Source of the DNA: an uncultured bacterium
Lineage (GTDB): Bacteria > Patescibacteriota > Microgenomatia > Levybacterales > UBA12049
Reading direction: 5' to 3'
Length of the DNA: 64,000 bases
Assembly (NCBI GenBank): GCA_963826535.1
Contig: CAWGXL010000011.1
Coordinates: 728,581 to 792,580, forward strand
Shown here: piece by piece, positions 57,387-64,000 of the stretch
Layout of the letters: every line of letters starts with the position of its first letter
Numbering within the stretch: the stretch's first letter is position 1
Program-made: the position numbers and the translations under genes
The notes under the pieces: model-generated
The model's input: only the letters and a program-made list of their open reading frames with translations
The model's database searches: none
What the model was told of the DNA's origin: nothing

Positions 57387-59475
57387 AATATTTATATCTT
57401 TAGTATTTTTCTTAGTGCTGTTATTTTCTGCAGCAGCGGAAGTGAATGCTAATGTACCGGATGTGATCGGACAAGTAGTCACTTCAACCGGCGCTCCTGT
57501 GAGCGGAGTATGGGTGAAATGGACAGATGGTGAAGGGCATTATAGATATGACAAGACAGATGGTAATGGCAATTATTTTTTTATATCTTGGGATGCTCTT
57601 AGTACAGCACAAAAAACTTCGCTTATGAATACAAACATTGATACAAACCTTGATGGGTCAAATGACACTAATCAGGCAAATGATAATGGGGGGAGGGCTT
57701 TTAGTTGTTTGACAAATAAGCATGCTTTCAGCGTAGTACGTCCTGTGGGAATGACAGGGAATTTTAGTACAATAACTAATATAACAGTAAACAATGGAAA
57801 TAATACAATTGTTTTAAGTGATATGATTTTCACGTCTACTGCAGCTACGCCAACTCCCTCTCCAACATTTACTCCCACACCAACACTAAATCCTTTATTT
57901 ACCCCCACACCTACAGTGACGCCAGGAGGACCGACACCAACTCCTCCAGGACCCACCTCGACACCAACGCCCTCACCTACACCTGTACCAACTTCAACGA
58001 TAACCGGGAGAATCTTCATTGACACTAATTTGAATGGAACACAAGATGGCGGAGAGTCTGCATTTTCGGGGGGGGCTGAAATTATCGTCACGGGGACTTC
58101 TTATGCTAGAACAATAACAGACGGGGCAGGAAATTATTCATTCCCAAGTCTTTTTGTTGGTTCTTATACTGTATATGTGTCTATTCCTAATAATTATAGC
58201 TCAACAACTTCTACAAATGTAAATGTAACTATAGCTCCGGGTGGTATTGTGAATTATGGTATCGTCCCTTCGTTTTCCGTAATTGGAAACATATTTAACG
58301 ATATTAATAAAAATCTCAGGATGGACAGCGGTGAAACAGTCATACCAAATGCAGAAGTGGATTCAACAGGAGGGACATTTGCCCAGAATAATGGTATTTA
58401 TGAAATTCAAGATCTGAAAGCCGGAACATACACAATAACTTACATAACTCCATTGCCAAATGGTTTTTATATGATATATCCTAAACCACCTTCATTTCAG
58501 GTTACAGTTGGCCCGGGTTGTATTACGGATACTACAACAGGCGCTGTTTGTTCTGCGCGAGGTGATATTACAGATCTGAATTTTTCAGTAAGTGATTCGT
58601 GGCCCTGGCTGCAAACCTATGGCTTGGATCTGCGTTTTGACAATGGTGTGACTAATCTCCTCCCAGCAAGTACAACATGTGGAGGAGGTTCATACGCTTC
58701 AGGGACAGGAGGAGGATTTTCAACTCCCGGTATAAACTTTACCGGTGACTCGAGCGCAGACTTTGGACAAGGATCAGCTTCAAGCAATAATTGGGTGGTA
58801 GGTGGAATATCTTATCCTGAAGTTTTCAAAGGTAACAATCCTTTGAAGACCTCTACACAAAGTCTTCGCACATTGGCTCAAAAAGCAGGGATTCCCTTAA
58901 TTTCCCTAAGCAGTGTTGCCGGGTGCTCAAATCCTGCAACTGACTGTAATCTGCCTAATAATTTGGCGCAAGGAGTCTATGTTACAAATGGGGATATACG
59001 ATTTAGAAGACAGTTTACCAGTACATTTGTGACCGGGAACACATATGTGTTTATCACAGGAAACAACAGTAATATGTTTTTCGAGAATAATGCAAGAACA
59101 ATTGTGCCACTTGGAGCTACGGTTATTTTCTCAGCGGGACTTGATATGTTGATTGACCCAACAATTCGCCCAGCAACAAACACTTGTCCTGTACCCGCCG
59201 GGCAATTACAGGGTATATTCAGTGCTGACAGGCATATCATCATCTCAGGCAATAATGGGGATTGTTTGCTACCTGCCGATTCAATGCTTAATATTGACGG
59301 CACATTGATTATCAATGCAGAAAAAATCTCAGGTAAATTTCAGAACCAGAGAGACCTATGTGCCGATAATCGTTCTTTTCCTTCTTTAACAATTAAAGCC
59401 AGAGCTGATTTTATTCTCAATACTCCCGGTTTTCTGACACAACAACAAACAATTACATATGAGGAGACGCCGTAG
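57367..59475 (+). CDS. large secreted surface protein with a Thr/Pro linker and SdrD-B/Cna-B-like domains
   Basis: Signal peptide MKLFTIKIFISLVFFLVLLFSAAAEVNA. TPTPSPT linker. GRIFIDTNLNGTQDGGE...TDGAGNYSF...GSYTV repeats. Confidence 0.55.
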   Translation: MKLFTIKIFISLVFFLVLLFSAAAEVNANVPDVIGQVVTSTGAPVSGVWVKWTDGEGHYRYDKTDGNGNYFFISWDALSTAQKTSLMNTNIDTNLDGSNDTNQANDNGGRAFSCLTNKHAFSVVRPVGMTGNFSTITNITVNNGNNTIVLSDMIFTSTAATPTPSPTFTPTPTLNPLFTPTPTVTPGGPTPTPPGPTSTPTPSPTPVPTSTITGRIFIDTNLNGTQDGGESAFSGGAEIIVTGTSYARTITDGAGNYSFPSLFVGSYTVYVSIPNNYSSTTSTNVNVTIAPGGIVNYGIVPSFSVIGNIFNDINKNLRMDSGETVIPNAEVDSTGGTFAQNNGIYEIQDLKAGTYTITYITPLPNGFYMIYPKPPSFQVTVGPGCITDTTTGAVCSARGDITDLNFSVSDSWPWLQTYGLDLRFDNGVTNLLPASTTCGGGSYASGTGGGFSTPGINFTGDSSADFGQGSASSNNWVVGGISYPEVFKGNNPLKTSTQSLRTLAQKAGIPLISLSSVAGCSNPATDCNLPNNLAQGVYVTNGDIRFRRQFTSTFVTGNTYVFITGNNSNMFFENNARTIVPLGATVIFSAGLDMLIDPTIRPATNTCPVPAGQLQGIFSADRHIIISGNNGDCLLPADSMLNIDGTLIINAEKISGKFQNQRDLCADNRSFPSLTIKARADFILNTPGFLTQQQTITYEETP

Positions 59476-59477
59476 AA

Positions 59478-59948
59478 TTATTTTTGGATTCTATTTCTTT
59501 TTGATTTTTTTCTTCTTGTAAATTCGCGGAAATAGTGATTGTGAAGTTTTTTAAATTCCTTGTGTAATTTTTCAAGTTCTTCATCGGAAAGATCTTCTAT
59601 ATTTACCAAGCTATTTCTAGCTCCTTTTACTGCCCTGATTAATTCATCTAATTTTAATTGTGTTGCTTTCGCGTCTCTGTTTTGCGTGTTCTGGATTAGA
59701 AAGACCATGAGGAAGGTTATTATAGTTGTTCCGGTATTGATGACTATTTGCCAGGAATTAGAATAGTTGAAGTATGCCCCGGATACAGCCCAAGCGAGAA
59801 TTAAGAGCAAAGCAGCTATAAATGTCCAAGGAGCTCCTACTGCATAGGAAATTTGGTTTGCTATTTTGTGAAATGAGTCATTCATATATTTTGGGTGGAG
59901 CTGAAAGTGATTATAGCATATGTATTTCAGGTCAAAAGTCTTATGCAA
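59478..59948 (-). CDS. small membrane protein of the low-affinity iron permease (Fet4-like) family
   Basis: WQIVINTGTTIITFLMVFLIQNTQNRD...LKLDELIRAV resembles that family's conserved core. The start is probably the internal Met at 59885. Confidence 0.5.
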   Translation of the reverse strand: MHKTFDLKYICYNHFQLHPKYMNDSFHKIANQISYAVGAPWTFIAALLLILAWAVSGAYFNYSNSWQIVINTGTTIITFLMVFLIQNTQNRDAKATQLKLDELIRAVKGARNSLVNIEDLSDEELEKLHKEFKKLHNHYFREFTRRKKSKRNRIQK

Positions 59949-60089
59949 ATATTAAGAAGAATGTGGTATATTGTAAAGGATAAGACCCACCATTTCCCGA
60001 TTAAATCGGAGAGTCCTGCCTGCAGACGCCTTGAGCGTCAGCGATTGACGGGCAGGGCTTTAGCGGCGGGTAAGAGGGGAGGTGAGGAT

Positions 60090-60626
60090 ATGGATAATAA
60101 TCAAGAAAATACAAATACAACACCAAGCCAGTCTAGTGGGCAGGGAAAAAGTGGTATGAATCTTTTTATTCCTATTGCAATAGTTGGTCTAATAGTAATA
60201 GTTTTGGTAGGAATATTTGCTTTTCAAGGACAACAAAAAGAAAGTCCATCAGTTGTCAAGGAAACAGAACAAACTCCGACTAATGCCGGTAATTCAACTG
60301 AAACTCCAACAATAGTTTCTCAAGCGACAGATTATAAAGATGGTACATATAAAGCGATTGGAAATTATACAAGTCCAGGTGGAGCTGAGCAGATTGATGT
60401 TTCTGTTACTATTAAAGACGATATCATTGAGAATGCGGAGGTAAAGTCGATTGCGCAGCGGCCAAATACAATAAAATTCCAAGGTATATTTGTTGCGAAT
60501 TATGAACCATTTGTTGTCGGGAAAAATATTGATGAAGTAAAGCTCGATAAAGTATCGGCTTCTTCTTTGGCTCCAAAGGGATTTAATGACGCGCTTGAGA
60601 AAATAAAGGCTGAGGCAAAAGCATAG
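60090..60626 (+). CDS. membrane-anchored FMN-binding-domain protein
   Basis: N-terminal TM IPIAIVGLIVIVLVGIFAF, then DGTYKAIGNY...VSVTIKDDIIENAEV...DKVSASSLAPKG, which resembles FMN_bind domains including the flavinylation motif region. Confidence 0.55.
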   Translation: MDNNQENTNTTPSQSSGQGKSGMNLFIPIAIVGLIVIVLVGIFAFQGQQKESPSVVKETEQTPTNAGNSTETPTIVSQATDYKDGTYKAIGNYTSPGGAEQIDVSVTIKDDIIENAEVKSIAQRPNTIKFQGIFVANYEPFVVGKNIDEVKLDKVSASSLAPKGFNDALEKIKAEAKA

Positions 60627-60808
60627 ATATAGATTATTGATCTATTGTGCCGCGGGTCCTGTCGGTCGTTTCGTCTGCGCATGTCAAGGAAGTGAGCTCG
60701 GATTTTGTCCTCCGCTCCGTCCGACAGCATCCTTCGCTTCGCTTGGTCTAGGCGCTCGAGGGGGACCACGCCCGCCACCCGCTTGCGGTCTATGGTTTTG
60801 ACAAATAT

Positions 60809-61738
60809 ATGCTAAGTTGGGTATTTGATGCGATTGGTACTAAGTGGCAGATTGATATTAATTCTTCGTTGCCGGTTAATAAACGGATTTTTTTGGAAAA
60901 ACTTATACGGAAACGGATTGATGAATTTGATAAAACTTATTCAAGGTTTCGTTCTGATTCACTTATTAGGAAGTTAGCTGTAAAAAAAGGGAAGTATCTT
61001 TTGCCTCCTGACGGAGATGCTTTGTTTAAATTTTACGATCAGCTTTACAAGTTGACGGGAGGTTTATTTACTCCACTGATAGGGCAAGTGCTGGTAGATG
61101 CGGGTTATGATGAAACTTATTCTTTAAAGCCTAAAAAACTCCACCATCCGCTATCTTGGGATGAGGTATTAAATTATTATCCACCGGATAACAGTCGGCA
61201 CCCGGCCTCGCCATATGTAATTATAAAAAAACCTAGTATTCTTGATTTTGGCGCAGCAGGAAAAGGGTACTTAATTGATATCGTGAGTGAAATTTTAGAA
61301 GAGAAAGGTGTCGCTTCTTATTGTATTGATGCCGGAGGAGATATTCGATATCGCAATGATAAAAAGAGAACGCTTCGGGTAGGGCTGGAGAATCCTGACA
61401 ATTTTCAACAAGTTATTGGAGTAGCAGAAATTACAAATGAAAGTATTTGCGGCTCTGCTGGAAATAGGCGGAAGTGGGGGAAGTATCATCATATTATTGA
61501 TCCTTTTACTTTGTCCTCTCCACAAACTATTCTTGCTACATGGGTTATAGCGCCGACAACAATGCCGGGTACCAGTCGGTACCCGACTATGCTTGCTGAT
61601 GGATTGGCAACGTGTTTATTTTTTGTCTCACCTGAAATACTCTTGAATAAATTTAGTTTTGAATATATTATTATGTATAGTGACTATTCGATAATGAAGT
61701 CAGTTGGGTTTAATGGGGAGCTCTTTGTTAATGAATGA
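60809..61738 (+). CDS. apbE: FAD:protein FMN transferase (ApbE family)
   Basis: LDFGAAGKGYLID and CIDAGGDIR motifs. Confidence 0.75.
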   Translation: MLSWVFDAIGTKWQIDINSSLPVNKRIFLEKLIRKRIDEFDKTYSRFRSDSLIRKLAVKKGKYLLPPDGDALFKFYDQLYKLTGGLFTPLIGQVLVDAGYDETYSLKPKKLHHPLSWDEVLNYYPPDNSRHPASPYVIIKKPSILDFGAAGKGYLIDIVSEILEEKGVASYCIDAGGDIRYRNDKKRTLRVGLENPDNFQQVIGVAEITNESICGSAGNRRKWGKYHHIIDPFTLSSPQTILATWVIAPTTMPGTSRYPTMLADGLATCLFFVSPEILLNKFSFEYIIMYSDYSIMKSVGFNGELFVNE

Positions 61739-61782
61739 TGACTGATTATTGATGGGGTTGTGGCAGAAGTTTTTGATTAAGT

Positions 61783-63312
61783 ATGATAAGGTTTGTTGAT
61801 AATATTATTAATTCAATAACGATGTATAGGCTTGTTCTATACGGATTAATCGTACTGGCAGCATATGCTATTGTATGTGGGTTTTTGGGTGTTCTTCCTT
61901 ATAGCGGACTTCAAATGATTGCTTCAGTTATATTGTGGCTTCTTGTTTGTTATGTCGCAAATTGGCTGCTTGCAAAAGTTTTTAATGCTCAAACAAATGT
62001 AGAATCCTGGGCAATTACCGCGCTTATTCTTTTCTTTCTATTTATGCCACTAACACTTCAGCCAGAATCAGTGTTATCAGAAGTGTGGATACCTATTCTT
62101 GCAGGAGTAATTGCTATGGCTTCAAAATATATATTTGTAATAAAAAGACAACATATTTTTAATCCTGCCGCGTATGCTGCGGTAGTTCTAAGTTTTAGCC
62201 CCAGTACTGTAGCATTATGGTGGATCGGAAGTCCTGTAATGTTGCCTATTACGCTAATTGTGGGATTTCTGATTGTCCGAAAGATCCGCAAATTTAGCAT
62301 GTTTTTTTCTTTTGTTGCGGCCAGCTTAGTCGGGACATTTATTTTGGGAATCCAAACGCAGAATTTAAGCACGGATCTTTTTGTTCAAATGATTCTCTCG
62401 GGACCACTTATATTTTTGGGCACAATTATGCTTACTGAACCATTAACAACACCGCCACGGAGAAAATTGCAGATGATTTATGGTGCTCTCGTTGGGATAC
62501 TTTCTACATTACAATTTAATATTGGTCCACTCTATTCAACGCCGGAGCTGGCGCTGTTTATAGGGAATATTTTTTCCTATATTGTCGGTCCAAAACAAAA
62601 ACTATTTCTTTATCTTAAAGAAAAAAGTGAGATCGCAGAGAACACACATGAATTTATTTTCGAGTCTCAAAAGTTAAAGGCTAAAGCCGGACAATATTTG
62701 GAATGGACATTGCCCCATCCCAGCCCAGACAGCCGGGGTGTGAGAAGATTTTTTACTATTGCTTCATCCCCAACAGAGGGCGAGGTTAGGCTTGGGGTAA
62801 AGATTGGTAAAAATGTGAGTAGCTTCAAGAAACAACTTTTATCTCTTGAGAAAAATGCTCCGGCAATCGCAACTTCGTTGGCTGGAGATTTTGTACTGCC
62901 GGATGATCATAGAAAAACACTGGTTTTTATAGCCGGAGGTATAGGCATAACGCCATTTCGTAGTATGGTAAAATATTTGCTAGATAAACAAGAAAAGCGG
63001 ACTATAACTTTGTTATATTTCAATAAAAATGTTAGTGAGATCGCATATAAAGAAATTTTTGATCAAGCGGGGGATAAAATGGACATGAAAACTGTGTATA
63101 TTCTTACTGATCGCGAACGTATACCTTCAGGATGGAAGGGTGAGGTAGGCAGGCTAGACGCGCAAATGCTTTCTCGTGCAGTTCCTGACGCCGCGACGAG
63201 AATATTTTATCTTTCCGGGCCAAATGCGTTGGTGAATAATTATAAGCGTATACTTTTGGCTACCAAGATAAGCCGGAAAAATATAGTCACAGATTATTTT
63301 CCGGGGTTTTAA
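61783..63312 (+). CDS. polytopic membrane domain fused to an FNR-like FAD/NAD(P)-binding oxidoreductase module
   Basis: About 8 TM helices, then RRFFTIASSP (RxFS FAD motif) and VFIAGGIGITPFRSM (NAD(P) motif). Confidence 0.6.
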   Translation: MIRFVDNIINSITMYRLVLYGLIVLAAYAIVCGFLGVLPYSGLQMIASVILWLLVCYVANWLLAKVFNAQTNVESWAITALILFFLFMPLTLQPESVLSEVWIPILAGVIAMASKYIFVIKRQHIFNPAAYAAVVLSFSPSTVALWWIGSPVMLPITLIVGFLIVRKIRKFSMFFSFVAASLVGTFILGIQTQNLSTDLFVQMILSGPLIFLGTIMLTEPLTTPPRRKLQMIYGALVGILSTLQFNIGPLYSTPELALFIGNIFSYIVGPKQKLFLYLKEKSEIAENTHEFIFESQKLKAKAGQYLEWTLPHPSPDSRGVRRFFTIASSPTEGEVRLGVKIGKNVSSFKKQLLSLEKNAPAIATSLAGDFVLPDDHRKTLVFIAGGIGITPFRSMVKYLLDKQEKRTITLLYFNKNVSEIAYKEIFDQAGDKMDMKTVYILTDRERIPSGWKGEVGRLDAQMLSRAVPDAATRIFYLSGPNALVNNYKRILLATKISRKNIVTDYFPGF

Positions 63313-63314
63313 AG

Positions 63315-64000
63315 ATGAAAACTAAATTAATTATTTTAGGGATTGTTGTAATTGTGGTTATTTTTATACTAGGGTTGGTTTCAAATAAGAGCACGCCTCC
63401 TCCTGAGACTGAACCGAATACAACAATAAAGCCGACAGTCGAAGTTGACGCTGACGAGGTCAGTATAATCGCCGAGAATTTGGATACACCTTGGGGTATA
63501 GCTTTTCTACCTGATAATATTATATTGATTACTGAACGACCAGGGAGAGTTAGGCTAATTGGAGCCCATGGAGGATTACAATATGATCCGGTCATAGTGT
63601 TAAATCAGGTAAAAGAAGTTGGCGAGAGTGGTCTGCTTGGAATTGCTCCACATCCGGATTTTTTGGGGAATCAGTATGTATATCTATACTACTCATATGG
63701 TGTTCAAGTTAATAGGCTTAGGAATGATACAATTAATAGAGTGGTAAGGATGAAATTTCAGAATAATAAACTTATAAATGAACAAATTATTGTAGACGGC
63801 ATTCCTGGTTCGGATAATCACAACGGCGGAAGAATGCATTTTGGGCCGGATGGCTATTTGTATATTACTACGGGAGACGCGCAGGATGTATCACAAGCAC
63901 AGGATACTTCTTCATTGGCAGGGAAGATTTTACGTGTTACAGATGAGGGCAAACCAGTTTCCGGGAACCCATTTGGTAATTTAATATATTCATACGGGCA
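63315..64000 (+). CDS. soluble beta-propeller sugar dehydrogenase (glucose/sorbosone dehydrogenase-like), 3' partial
   Basis: Signal/anchor, then NHNGGRMHFGPDGYLYITTGD and HPDF...LY motifs. Runs off the end of the window. Confidence 0.55.
   Translation, partial: MKTKLIILGIVVIVVIFILGLVSNKSTPPPETEPNTTIKPTVEVDADEVSIIAENLDTPWGIAFLPDNIILITERPGRVRLIGAHGGLQYDPVIVLNQVKEVGESGLLGIAPHPDFLGNQYVYLYYSYGVQVNRLRNDTINRVVRMKFQNNKLINEQIIVDGIPGSDNHNGGRMHFGPDGYLYITTGDAQDVSQAQDTSSLAGKILRVTDEGKPVSGNPFGNLIYSYG

Noticed and set aside
63287-63595. Minus-strand 102-aa ORF
   Set aside because: It is antisense to the start of the sugar dehydrogenase gene and to the end of the FNR-like gene. Judged spurious.

Overview
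This window looks like a low-GC, gene-dense bacterial chromosome segment, probably from a small-genome Candidate Phyla Radiation / Patescibacteria-type lineage. The genetic code is standard: TGA is a stop (the prs stop ATGTGA overlaps the recR start). Recognisable housekeeping genes include rpsU, ybeY, dnaX, ybaB, prs, recR, cysS, a polyprenyl synthase, uppS, uppP, amt, aroB, a beta-CASP RNase, a histidine kinase and an inositol-lipid gene set. Four type II toxin-antitoxin pairs are present (2x HicBA, 2x Phd/VapC). No rRNA, tRNA or CRISPR array was seen.

The features most worth a second look are:
(i) Two paralogous ATP-grasp-like genes, each preceded by a homologous short Phe/Leu-rich leader ORF and a hairpin plus intrinsic terminator, followed by an M20 peptidase gene. 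This looks like leader-peptide attenuation or a peptide/ligase module.
(ii) A tandem array of five very Cys-rich cytoplasmic paralogs, one interrupted by an in-frame TGA, interleaved with TA modules.
(iii) A GC-rich nested-palindrome mini-element of about 50 nt inserted in frame into four essential genes (cysS, the polyprenyl synthase gene, uppP and the RNase gene). Together with an AT-rich intergenic palindromic repeat family of about 150 bp, heptanucleotide x4 microsatellites inside recR and uppS, and GTCATTCC-type hairpin or MITE-like elements, this parallels Rickettsia palindromic elements.
(iv) An FMN-binding protein, an ApbE flavin transferase and a membrane FNR-like oxidoreductase in a row, which could be a flavin-based extracytoplasmic electron-transfer module.
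(v) A GC-rich island encoding Cys/Pro-rich secreted proteins with DxDxDG-like motifs, and a small knottin-like Cys-framework protein.

Every call is from manual reading of motifs in the supplied translations. No database search was possible.
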